The notes beneath the pieces are model-generated. The model did no database searches, was not told the DNA's origin, and worked only from the letters and a program-made list of their open reading frames with translations. Shown here one piece after another: positions 24,219-36,430 of a DNA stretch of 64,000 bases. Where the stretch lies: contig NC_042997.1 in assembly GCF_006345805.1 (NCBI RefSeq), positions 152,148,001-152,212,000 of the forward strand. Direction: 5' to 3'. Position 1 is the stretch's first letter; each line of letters opens with the position of its first letter. The stretch comes from Octopus sinensis (lineage: Eukaryota). Position numbers and translations under genes: made by a program.

Positions 24219-24473
24219 AAAACTTTTCTTAAATTAAAATTATGCACATGAAAAATCTTTAAATTATAAGCAGATTAATACAAACCTGATAGAAGATAGC
24301 GCTTTTGGTTGTAATTTTTTAATGCAAAATTTTCCTTCCATCGAGTCTATGTTCATCTACATTTTATAAAGATTTTTGTTATATAATTAATAAATTTTAA
24401 TTTAAGGAAATATTTTATCACATATTTTTTACAAATATTATTACTGCATTAAGAAATGATTATATAAGAAATT

Positions 24474-24532
<59 letters not shown>

Positions 24533-24545
24533 GGATATACATATA

Positions 24546-25380
24546 TCAGGTTGAGTAAAAAGTAAGCAACGTTTTGAACCATGAAGAATTTGTACCAGAT
24601 TTTTGCAGAGTTTTGAATTTTTTGTAAACATATTTTTCTTTTGTTTTTTTTTGAAATTCAAATGCATAAATAAATTAACATTGATATTTTTATCACCGTT
24701 GCTACAATCATTTGAAATGGAACTGTCAAAGCGCCATATTTGATTTCAAAAAAGGACGTAAAGCAGCTGAAATGTATGTGATATCAACGAAACTTTTGGT
24801 GAGGAAATTACCAGTGAATGGTCAGCTCGAAAATGGGTTAAACGATTTCGCAGTGGAGACCTGAGCCTTGAAGATCGTGAGTGTAGTAGACGCCCATCTG
24901 TCTGCGATGACGGTCAATTAAAGACCATCATTGAGAAAGCGCCACGTAAAACCACTCGAGAACTAGCAAAAGAACTTCGAGTTAGCCAGAAAACTGCCAG
25001 CAACCATTTGCATGCGATCGAAATATCAAAACTGCTCGACAAATGGGCACCATATGATTTGAATGAAAATCAGAAAATGCGCAGATATGAAATTTGCTCG
25101 TCGTTTCTTCTCCGTAACCAGACCGATCCATTTCTCGACTGTATTGTAACTTGCGATGAAAAGTGGATTTTGTACAATAATAAAAAAACGTTCTTCACAG
25201 AGGTTGGACCAAAATGAAGCAGCGAAAACCTTACCAAATCCGAGCTCTTCAAAAAGAAGGTTATGGTGTCTGTTTGGAGGTGTACTGCTGGACTCATCCA
25301 CTATAGCTTCTTAAAACCCGGAGAAACTATTACAGCAGAAACATATTGCCATGAAATTGCCAAAATAAACGAAAAACATG
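24546..25380 (+). pseudogene. Mariner (Hsmar1/cecropia-like) transposase remnant, 3'-truncated
   Basis: 5' TIR tcaggttgagtaaaaagtaagcaacgtttt after TA. Translation gives WVKRFRSGDLSLED, KWAPYDL (WVPH-equivalent), IVTCDEKWILYNN, KKVMVSVW and GETITAETYC. Confidence 0.88.
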
Positions 25381-26179
25381 TGAGCGAAAAAAAATTAATT
25401 TGGTGAGTTTGGTGGTCTAGGTTCAAGGAAAGAAGAAATGGAGTTAGTCAGAGTCTCATGGTTTTGTTTTATCTAAGTTCACAATTACGCATCATGGTCT
25501 AAAAGAATGCATTAGTTACTGTAGTCCAGACGTACCTAAAAACACGATGGTCGTAGCTAGAATATCTTTGATAAGAACAGATCAGGAAATTAGGAGCTAA
25601 ATAACAACAGCGGTTTTGACAACAACCAATTGTATTAAATACAAAATCTTCAGATAAAAGACCAAGCGTTGACGGAGAACAGAAGAGTTACAGAGCATGA
25701 AAAGGTACGCCTCCTGTCAATTCCTCTTCACGCGTTAAGTGTGTATAAGTGGGGTATGAAATTGTAGAGTTTAAGTGGAAAAGGCATGCATAGAGACCGG
25801 GGAAGGTGACCCTGGTTAATGCATTCCTAGATTGCCTTAAAATAGACGACTTGGTGACGGATGAAGTGTTTTAGATCAGATCATAGGTTTAATCTATTTA
25901 GCTTCAAATGGAATTAAATAACAACTTCTGTGGCTGCCATTCAACACAAGCTCACAAAGCAGAGAGATTTATAAACCAAGAGTAATGAGCAACAGCACTA
26001 TTGAACATCAATTCTGGAAAAACTCTCATGTAATGATAAAATTAGCTTAATGCTTCCGATGGGGGTTTTGGTGTCTATTATCACAGCTATTGCTTATTAG
26101 TTGAGGCAACTACAGATGTTCATTAGAAACATTAAGCTAACTTTAAATAACAGTAATAACAACAACACTAGCAGTATCA

Positions 26180-26405
26180 GCAGCAGCCGTTCAAGAATTT
26201 GGACCTGGAGATCTCCATTTCCAACGACTTCGCGGGTCACCTCCCAGTGGTATCGGGCATCAACGAAGAGCCCTTGACTACATCAAGACGACCAAAGTTT
26301 TTTTTTCCAAAGTCTGGGGTCTCCCGCCCCTAAGCCCTAGACCATCACCTAATCACCCTTACCCGTTTTGTTGCTTAACAACAACAACAGCAATAACAAC
26401 AGCAG
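26180..26405 (+). repeat. Uncharacterised ~220-bp repeat with (AAC)n tail, copy 1
   Basis: Diverged direct repeat of 26740-26960. Confidence 0.85.
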
Positions 26406-26739
26406 TTTTTTCTCCTAGACCATCAGCTCCTGATACCGTCATTCTGGCCCCATCATGGCATATAACGGGGATTATTTTTTGCATATTAAGCCTGCTAGAA
26501 CACTTCCTTCTCCAGACCTTAATGTAGTAGTTTCTATAAAGAAAGAAATAGTGAGAGAAAAAAATCTACACCAGTATTTTTACTTCTGTTATCGACTCCG
26601 AAAGGATGAAAGGCAAAAGCAACCTCTGCGAGATTTGAGCTCAGAGCCCAGTGAGCTAAAGTGATAAGATTCAAGGCATTCAATCCGATGTTCTAACGAC
26701 TGTGCCGTCTTACTGTTAAATGTAACGACAGCAACAACA

Positions 26740-26960
26740 GCAGCCGTCCAAGAATTTGGACCTTGAGATCTCCATTTCCAGCTACTTCGAGGGCCACCTC
26801 CCAGTGGTGTCGGGCGTCAACGAAGAGCCCTCGACTACAACAAGACGACCAAAGTTTTATTTTGTTTTTCAAGGTCTGGGGTCTCCCGCCCCTAAGCCCT
26901 AGGCCATCACCTAATCACCCTAACTCGTCTTGTTGCTTAACAACAATAACAACAACAGCA
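26740..26960 (+). repeat. Uncharacterised ~220-bp repeat with (AAC)n tail, copy 2
   Basis: Shares aagaatttggacc..gagatctccatttcc, cacctcccagtgg, aacgaagagccc and ggggtctcccgcccctaagcccta with copy 1. Confidence 0.85.
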
Positions 26961-27254
26961 ACTATAAAAAAAGAGCCAAGGGAAACTTTACTGGATCATC
27001 CGAACTGCTAGAAATAGCCACCACCTCCGTCTTAAATCACAACTTAAAGGTTTAAGAAAGACGATATCTAAGGTTACAATGGATCACGTAATCTGAAATA
27101 CGTTACTCCTGAATATTTTTACTCATTGGTCTGCTCAGTCACATCCAAACTTGGGATAAACAGGGACCACATCAACAACAACAACAACAATAAACTACAG
27201 TAACAGCAAACAAACAATAACAACATTAAAATCAATAACAAGCAGCGCAGCTGT

Positions 27255-27470
27255 AATAACTATCTCTAATTTAGGTCAAAGGTTACGAATTTCGAAGGAA
27301 GTGAATTGCTTAATTATATCGACCCCATTACTTGACTGATATTTTATTTTACTGACACTGAATGGGTTAAAAGGAAAGAGTAACCCGCTCGGCATTTGAA
27401 CTCACAACGCAATGAGCTGAAACGAACACCGCACGGTAAATTATCCGATGCTCTAATGATTCTACCAATC
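27255..27470 (-). mobile_element. Diverged SINE family B copy
   Basis: Minus strand carries tgagttcaaatgcc and tcagtcaagtaatggggtcgatata. Confidence 0.65.
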
Positions 27471-27532
27471 CATCACCTTGCATAATGCTAGTAACACTAA
27501 TGTCTGGTGCAGTGATAACAGTTGCAATAATG

Positions 27533-27590
<58 letters not shown>

Positions 27591-28609
27591 CCAAGCTACA
27601 ATAGTAACAGCAGTGATGGCTAAAACAGCAGCAGTGACAAAAGCAATAAACATGTTTAAAGATTATAATTATTTGGTTAATGTTTAAGAGAACCTGTGAA
27701 TTATGAGGTCAAAAGCTATAGCCTTCAGATTTCATATCTGAGGGGACCAAGTAATTGGACACAGAATGAGAAACAAAAAACAAAAAACAAAATCAATAAT
27801 AACAATAACAAATTAAATAAACTTTCATTAGTCATTGATTAGAGCAAAATGAAGCGAAGTTCAATAATTTATGGAACATTCTCGAAAATTACCATTGTCT
27901 GCAGCAAAAATTTCGCTTAACACCAGAAACAAAAGCAAAAAAAAAAAAAAGGAAATGAAAAAAAGAAAAAAATTAACGTGAAATTGCAAAATTTTAAATA
28001 TTGTTAAATGCCAAAAAAAAAGGTAGAAACCATTTGGAAATTACAAAAGAAAACGATAAAATATTTATTTATTCATTCCTTTATTTCCCCCCTCCCCCAC
28101 TCACCAAATACAGGTAGCAAAAACTAAAAGAGAAAAGAAAAGAAAAGATGCAAAATTCAATCATAATCTGTGGTTTCCGCTAATGTGTGACTATCCCTAT
28201 TGATTTTAAAATAGCTTAAAAGAGCTTATTTCTGGTATTCATCCACGCTTTTCCTAAACATCGCATTAATGGTTACATGGATTGAGCCAAAATTCCAGTT
28301 AACGTTAATACAGGCAGACTAAGAACTTGGGTCATATGAAGTCAGTTGGGCTTCTTAATATACACTTACCCCCACTCTTTATCCCTCTGTCTCATCTACC
28401 ATCTTCTCACCACAATCTTTACTCACCTTCCCATTTCACTCCTTAATCGCCCAACACCAGTTTCCCGCTCCTGGTTGCCGTGGTTTAGGGATTCCAAGAT
28501 AGCTGATGTACTGTCAGCCGCCCAGACCTCTCTGGGAAGCTGAAAACTATCTTTAAGCCCGAACAATTGAACAAGCTTATCATTATTCTGTGAACTTTAG
28601 GACATCATT

Positions 28610-29022
28610 TACTCTTTACTCATTTACTCCTTTACTTCTTTCAGTCATTTTGACTGCGGCCATGCTGGAGCACCGCCTTTAGTCGAGCAAATCGACCCCA
28701 GGACTTATTCTTTGTAAGCCTAGTATTTATTCTATCGGTCACTTTTGCCGAACCGCTAAGTTACGGGGACGTAAATACACCAGCATCTGTTGTCAAGCGA
28801 TATTGGTGGGGGGGGGGGCAGACACACAAACATATACACACACATACATATATATATATACATGTATACGATGGGCTTCTTTCAGTTTCCGTCTACCAAA
28901 TCCACTCACAAGGCTTTGGTCGGCCCGAGACTATAGTAGAAGACACTTGCCCAATGTGCCACGCTGTGGGAATGAACCCGGAACCATGAGGTTGGTAAGC
29001 AAGCTACTTACCACACAGCCAC
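28610..29022 (-). mobile_element. SINE family A copy
   Basis: Full match to the family on the minus strand. Confidence 0.88.
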
Positions 29023-29063
29023 GGCAATTTTCTAAAATATATAAAAATATCTGTTTACATACA

Positions 29064-29101
<38 letters not shown>

Positions 29102-29344
29102 ATGTTATATAATGTGGTTCTAGAAATATTCCATCTGAAAAAGATGTGACCGTAATGCTTCCAATATATTTGCTCATAAGTCTACTTGATTAGGGCTAAA
29201 CAGCAACAACAACAATAATAACCACATGCGTAATGTAGTTTACAGAGGTTTTCACTACGGTTTGTCAAATTTTGCTTTTCTTCTAATTCTTCAACGAATG
29301 AGCAGCGTCATTTTTGCCAGCATATCGTTTTCTTTTAATTCTTC

Positions 29345-30337
29345 AGGAAATAACCCTTTCTACTATAGGCACTAGACCTGAAATTTTAGGGAAGGGGCTA
29401 GTCGATTACCTCACCCCCAGTGTTTAACTAGAAGTTATTTCATCGAACCCCAGAATGAAAAAAAGCAAAGTCGACCTCGGTGGAATTTGAACTCAGAACA
29501 TGAAGATGGGCGATATGCCGAAAGTATTTTGTCCGGGTTACTAACGCTTCTTGTTTCTTTATTGCCCACAAGGGGCTAAACATAGAGGGGACAAAAAAGG
29601 ACAGACAAAGGGTTAAGTCGATTACATCGACGCCAGTGCGTAACTGGTACTTAATTTATCGACCCGGAAAGGATGAAAGGCAAAGTCGACCTCGGCGGAA
29701 TTTGAACTCAGAACGTAAAGACAGACGAAATACCTATTTCTTTACTATCCACAAGGGGCTAAACACAGAGAGAACAAAAAAGGACAGACAAACGCATTAC
29801 GTCGATTATATCGACCCCAGTGCGTAATTGGTGCTTATTTAATCGACCCCGAAAGGATGAAAGGCAAAGTCGACCTCGGCGGAATTTGAACTCAGAACGT
29901 AAAGACAGACGAAATACCTATTTCTTTACTATCCACAAGGGGCTAAACACAGAGAGAACAAAAAAGGACAGACAAACGCATTACGTCGATTATATCGACC
30001 CCAGTGCGTAATTGGTGCTTATTTAATCGACCCTGAAAGGATGAAAGGCAAAGTCAACCTCGGCGGAATTTGAACTCAGAACGTAACGGCAGACGAAATA
30101 CCTATTTCTTTATTACCCACAAGGGGCTAAATATAGAGGGGACAAACAAGGACAGACATAGGTATTAAGTCGATTACATCGACCCCAGTGTGTAACTGGT
30201 ACTTAATTTATCGACCCCGAAAAGATGAAATGCAAAGTCGACCTCGGCGGAATTTGAACTCACAACGTAACGGCAGACGGAATACCGCTAAGCAGTTCGC
30301 CCGGTGTACTAATGTTTCTGGCAGCTCACCGCTTTAA
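29345..30337 (-). mobile_element. SINE family B tandem multimer (one head, ~184-bp head-less units, last unit from an older subfamily)
   Basis: ORFs 29636 and 29820 show the 184-bp period. Units are joined at aagaaata|ggtatttcgtctg. Confidence 0.9.
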
Positions 30338-30819
30338 TTCGTCAAGAAATAGTTAATCACGATTCACAATTTCCCCTATGAATTCACACATTTAGAGAAA
30401 ATTAAATAATGATTTCTAACAGTGACATAATGCACAAAACCTTGATAACAAGTTACATTAGATTTAACCGACCCCCAAGGAATGACTGGTAATTATTTTA
30501 TCAGCCTCCCCACTACACACACAAAAAAAAAGGAATGTGGGATTTGATCTTAGAATATTAAGTGTTGTAATTAAATGCCTTAAGACACTCAGCTGGGTGG
30601 GGGAAGGATTCTTCAACTCCACCGACATGTTCAGGTATTGATAAAAGCGACTGATGTATAGCTTTTCTTTTGGAGCAACTAAATAGATTTATATAAGGTA
30701 TATTCGTACTTCGGTTGTAAATTTAATGTATTCATAAAGGTGGTAGCTATTATATATGCAATATAGTTACGTCAAATATCGTTAACAATCGTGTTTTCTT
30801 TCCAAAATATTTGAGTATA

Positions 30820-32110
30820 CGAGGGGCGTTCAATAAGTAATGCCCCTGACCCACTTCCATAGTAGTAGAGCAACAAAACTCGGCACAGGTATTAGTCTTT
30901 TTCTACATAGGAACCACCCAGAGTTACACATTTCTCCCATTGTTTGATGCAGCTCTGGATACCGTTTTTGTAGAAGACCCCAGCTTGGTCCTTCAACCAC
31001 GACGTGACTTCAGAAATCAAGGCTGCATCATCTGGTAAACGCTTTCCTTTCAAAAACAACTTCATGGCTGGGAAGAGGTGAAAATCAGAGGGTGCAAGAT
31101 CAGGAGAGTAGGGGGATGGGGGAGAAGTTCATAGCCGCATGCCTGTGCTTTTGATCTGGCGACACGCGAGTTGTGGACCGGAGCGTTGTCCTGCAGGAGG
31201 AGGATGCCTTTGCTGATCTTGCCCCGCCTCTTGATTTTGATAGCTTCTCTTAATTTCCTCAAAAGTGAAGCATAATAGGCTCCTGTAATTGTGGTACCCT
31301 TTGTCAGAAAATCTATCATCACTACTCCGTCCTGGTCCCAGAAGACTGTGAGCGTGACCTTGCGAGCGGAGGGCTGCACCCTTGCCTTCTTTTGAGGAGG
31401 TGAGTCACGGCGCTTCCACTGCATTGACTGGGCTTTGGTCTCTGGATCATAGTGATGGACCCAGGTTTCATCCTGTGTAATCAGTCTTTTGAAATATTTT
31501 GACTCATCCTCTTGGCACATCTCCAAATTTATCCTCGAGCATTCGACGCGTTCTTGCTTCTGGAAAGGTGTGAGCAACCTGGGAATCCATCTGGCAGACA
31601 CCTTTTGCATATGTAAATGGTCATGAATGATAGTTTCCACAGACCCGGTACTAATCTTGACTTCATGGGCTATTTGGCGAATAGTTATGCGTCGATCTTC
31701 CAAAATGGCAGCCTCAACTTGACGGACAGATGCCTCGTCAATGGCAGAAGGGGGGCGACCAGATCTGGGAGCTGTTTCCACAGAGTTCCGACCAAGTTTG
31801 AATTCACGATGCCAGCGTTTTACAAGGTCATATGATGGGGCATCATCACCATAAGTTACTTTCATTTCATCAAAAGTTTCCCGTGGTGTGCGTCCTTTCA
31901 AATACAAAAACCGGATCACTGCTCGACACTCAACAGGCTCCATTTCACACCTGACTCAGTTCAAACACCTGTAAATCAGAAACCACAATTAGTTCAGAGC
32001 TGTAATTTTCCACTTAATCTATAGAGATATAAATAATTGCACATGCAAAATTTCAGCTAGATCAAACAACTGCAATTGGGTCAGGGGCATTACTTATTGA
32101 ACGCCCCTCG
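30820..32110 (-). mobile_element. Full-length mariner transposon (irritans/Hsmar2-like), 1291 bp
   Basis: Perfect 33-bp TIRs CGAGGGGCGTTCAATAAGTAATGCCCCTGACCC with TA on both sides (30818-19, 32111-12). Confidence 0.97.
30892..31943 (-). pseudogene. Mariner D,D34D transposase with one 1-nt deletion in a C-run (350 aa if repaired)
   Basis: WIPRLL, TQDETW and LQDNAP are present. After restoring one C at about 31112-31116 the frame reads HPPYSPDLAPSDFHLF...RWEK-like end YVEKD*. There are 34 residues between the 2nd and 3rd Asp. Confidence 0.93.
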
Positions 32111-32112
32111 TA

Positions 32113-32456
32113 TATTCTTTTCTTCTTTTATTCTTTTATGTGTTTCAGCCATTTGACTGCGGCCATGCTGGGGAACAGCCTTTAGTCGAGCAAATCGACC
32201 CTAGGACTTATTCTTTGTAAGCCCAGTACTTATTCTATCGGTCTCTTTTGCCGAACCGCCAAGTTACGGGGACGTAAACACAGCAGCATCTGTTGTCAAG
32301 CGACGTTGGTGGGACAAACACAGACACACTAACATATAGTTAGGCTATAGTAGAAGACACATGCCAAAGGTGTCACGCAGAACCGCTAAGTTACAGGGGC
32401 GTAAACACACCACCATCGGTTGTCAAGTGATGTTGGGGGGACAAACAGAGACACAC

Positions 32457-32532
<76 letters not shown>

Positions 32533-32700
32533 TACGACGGGCGTCTTTCAGTTTCCATCTACCAAATCCACTCACAAGGCTTTGGTCGGCCCGAGGCTAT
32601 AGTGGAAGACACTTGCCCAAGGTGCCACGCAGTGGGACTGAACCCGGAACCATATGGTTGGTAAGCAAGCTACTTACCCCACAGCCACTCCTGCGCCTAT
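32113..32700 (-). mobile_element. SINE family A copy with internal rearrangement
   Basis: The gtttgtccc...acttagcggtt segment occurs twice, separated by a re-inserted body fragment (ctgcgtgacacctt..ctactatagcct). Confidence 0.85.
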
Positions 32701-33855
32701 GTATGCAAATTTAGATTTAAAACTGTTCGAAGGAATACATAAATTAATAGACTAGTGCATTGAGTTAAATATAATTATATTCTGAATGTGAATGTATAGG
32801 GATTTATGCCAAATATAAGATATAAGTGGGTTTAGTAAAAGAGTTAACCAAGTTTGTATAAGATAATGCATACGTTTCATTTGCGAATAAAGTATTCAGT
32901 GGCAATCACATTATCCTGTTATCCAACTCGTTCTCAACGTCTGATGAATGTATTTATCTCTGAGATTCATGGAAAAGTAAGAAATTAAATCTAGTTTGAC
33001 AGTTTAGAGACTGCAGTAGATAAATAGATGACATTTTCGTCTTAATTTGGTGTTTCTTTTAATGTTTACTTTTCAAAATTTACCTTAGGGATATGAAGGT
33101 TAGCAGGTGTGGCAAGTAAGTTTATATCATTAATTATCTAGATGTTTCAGCTGAGATTTGCAACGAATCTATAATTATTAATGTGTACAAAAATAAGTTT
33201 AGCAAACTGAAGCTTCTAGTGGTAACAATGTCTTAAGTTGAAAGCTACACGCCTAATAGGCTATGATATAACGTGTTTGCAGCGCAAATAGTACTGTTTG
33301 GAAAAATAACTAGTAAAAAGCAATTTCTGTTTGAAGTTACTACTAATTTTATTATACATATGGTTAAGCAGGATTTTAAAGCTAAAAGATTAATTCAGAA
33401 ATTTGATTGTAGTCTCGATTTACATAGTGATATTTTAACTATTTTCGAGGTTATATCAGACTTGCAATTGAGCTACCAACTCGAAAATTAGAGCGATATT
33501 GTTACTACATTAATCTTTGTATCTTAATATTTTGATTAGACTGTTTTCTTGGGTTGCTTTGCAAGTGTTACACACGTAATAGTTTTGTTTCTTTTCTCAT
33601 TGGATATTCTTCAAGAATCGTGCTTAATTGGCATCTGCGATTCCTGATTTGGGTTATAAATTTCTTTTCTCACGTTGAAGAAAGAATAGTAGTAGTGTAG
33701 TATTGTCTGTGACCGTAAGCTAAGGTCTAGTCTCATTGTATATTCTTTGAGTCAAGGTGTTTTTGTGATTTGATTTATAAATATGCTGTGTATTTCTAAC
33801 AACACAAACACACGCACTCACATGCACACACACGCGCATATATGTGTGTGTATGC

Positions 33856-33904
<49 letters not shown>

Positions 33905-34052
33905 AATATAGGTGCAAGCAGGTGGTTTGCGTGGGCTAAGTCGCTTGCTTACCAACCACATGGTCCCGGTTTCAGTGTCTTCTACTATAACTTCGGGCTG
34001 ACCATAGCCTTGTGAGTGGATTTGGTAGACGGGAACTGAAAGAAGCCCGTTG

Positions 34053-34146
<94 letters not shown>

Positions 34147-34745
34147 TTGTGTGTTTATGTCCCCCCCCCCCAACATCGCTTGACAACCGATGGTTGTGTG
34201 TTTACGTCCCCGTAACTTAGCGGTTCGGCAAAAAGACCGATAGAATAAGTACTAAGCTTACAAAGAATAAGTCCTGGCGTCGATTTGCTCGACTAAAGGC
34301 GGTGCTCTAGCATGGCCACAGTCAAATGACTGACACAAGTAAAAGAGTATATATATAAGCCTGGGAGTGGCCATGTGGTTAGACGCTTGCTTTCCAATCA
34401 CATGATTCCAGGTTCACTCCCATTGTGTGATACTTTGGACAAGTATCTTCTGCTATAACCTTGGGCTTACCAAATCCTTGTGAGTGGATTTGATAGGCGG
34501 AAGCTTAAAGAAGCCTGTCATGTGTGTGTGTGTGTGTGTGTGTGTGGTGTGCGTCTATGTGTGTGTATGTATTTGTTCCCAATCCACCGCTTGACAATCG
34601 ACGTTGGTGTATTCACGCCCATATAATCTGGTGGTTCGGCAAAAGAGACCGATAGAATAAGTACCACGTTTAAAAAATAAAAAAAAGTATTGAGGTCAAT
34701 TCATTCGACGAAATTTCTTCCTGTAAAAGAATAAAAGAATATAAG
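33905..34745 (+). mobile_element. Two adjacent SINE family A copies (33905-34350, 34365-34745)
   Basis: Each has head, body, internal microsatellite ((TA)n in one, (TG)n in the other) and tail. Confidence 0.85.
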
Positions 34746-34799
34746 ATAGATAGAGAGAGATTAGTTCATTATTTTTTGTATATTCATGAATTCTAAATT

Positions 34800-35250
34800 C
34801 CATAGTGTAAGTTGATAATTGCAATTAGATAATTGTCCTTGTAAGTTTCTTATATCTTGTTTCTTAGAGTATAAACATATTCAAATTGAATTATGAATGC
34901 ATTATGTGTACTGTGTATGTTAATACCAGGAATATATTCGTTCAATATCTATAGGCCTTTAAATGTTTAGTTTGTGGATTACCAAACAATATTTGAACTT
35001 TCCTGAGGCTCTTTGACATCAAAAGAACAAGTGAAGCTACTTGGTAGTCGAAATCACAATGATATCCTTTGGCAGTTGATATGAGTAATTCTCCAGCTGC
35101 GTTAGTTTGAATATCGCTCTGTAGCTATGTATCCGCCTGTTGTTAGTGCCCACTGTTTTATTTACGAGTAGTTTGTTTTGTTTTAGTGTGGGTTACGGGC
35201 AGTCTACATGTTCTTAGGCCATTTCTAATCCCAAATAGAGTTAGTAATAA
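34800..35250 (-). mobile_element. Possible decayed RTE endonuclease fragment
   Basis: Only short motifs (FGNPQTK; HNAFII) in the expected order. Confidence 0.3.
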
Positions 35251-35342
35251 GTTTAGATATAATTTTATTCATACAGTACGTTACATTTGCAGTATAGCAT
35301 GTTCAAATTGCTATTAAAAAGTAAATATGAAGTATATTTACA

Positions 35343-35415
<73 letters not shown>

Positions 35416-35421
<6 letters not shown>

Positions 35422-36144
35422 CATTTTATAAAGGGCTTAGTAAAATAAATTACTTTGCCACATACTGAACTCATTAGAAATAGCAGCCAAAAAAAGATTT
35501 TTTAGCCGTTTCTAATACTTAAAGAAAATTTCTCTGAGATAGTGTTTACTCAAAATAACCCACGAAGGTATGGGGGTAAAAACATTAAAAAATCACAAGT
35601 GCAAAGATTATTTGAGAACGTACGTTTCTAGATCAGCCAAATACAATTCGACATTTCTTTCGTCAGCCCAAAATTTCTTAATTCGGATTTGGAAACACTG
35701 AAAGTAGGAGCATACCCTTTTGGCGACTTTTCACCTCCGAAGATCCGTTCAAACTAACAGTGCCAACAAATTCAAAATATGCAAGCGAAGAATTTCTACT
35801 CTCCCCCTTCCACCCACGTGGGCTAAACTAGCAAACACCATATTTTATCGGTGAAAACCGAAGCATTAAACAGAGAGAAATGAATTATAATTTCAACAAT
35901 TGAGGGTAAAATTAATTATTTTGAGTAAACACTATCTGAGAGAAATTTTCTTTAAGTATTAGAAACGGCTAAAAAATCTTTTTTTGGCTGCTATTTCTAA
36001 TGAGTTCAGTATGTGGCAAAGTAATTTATTTTACTAAGCCCTTTATAAAATGTAATATTTTGAATTCGCCTTAAATGGTCCCTTTACATACTGAATACTT
36101 GGTGAAATTGATTAATAATTAATTAATTTTACCCTCAATTGTTG

Positions 36145-36152
<8 letters not shown>
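35416..36152 (-). mobile_element. Non-coding element with interlocked inverted repeats and a hammerhead motif, in (TA)n
   Basis: IR A 35416-35558/35916-36058 (one mismatch in 143 bp) and IR B 35886-35918/36120-36152. Hammerhead at 35611-35672. Confidence 0.8.
35611..35672 (-). ncRNA. Type I hammerhead ribozyme motif
   Basis: UUUGGG-CUGACGA-A-AGA...UCU-A-GAA-ACGUACGU-U-CUCAAA: intact core, 6-bp stem I with one G-U, palindromic stem III. Confidence 0.7.
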
Positions 36153-36224
<72 letters not shown>

Positions 36225-36430
36225 GGAGAGAGAGAAGAGAGAGAGAGAGAGAGAAACCATTGTGCAGTGTTTTACCAAAAAGGAAAACTATGATTGTCAC
36301 TAAATATGACTAGGGGGTTAGAAACACCTACATTGCTAGATATAAGACCTACAATTCTCTTAGTCACAGCACGCCACTTTCGGCCGTTTACAGTCGCTGT
36401 CAGTATGTATGTATACAATTGTGTGCATCA

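Noticed and set aside
29540-30280. Regular array superficially like CRISPR or satellite DNA
   Set aside because: Units are 184-bp SINE bodies with no unique spacers, in eukaryotic sequence.
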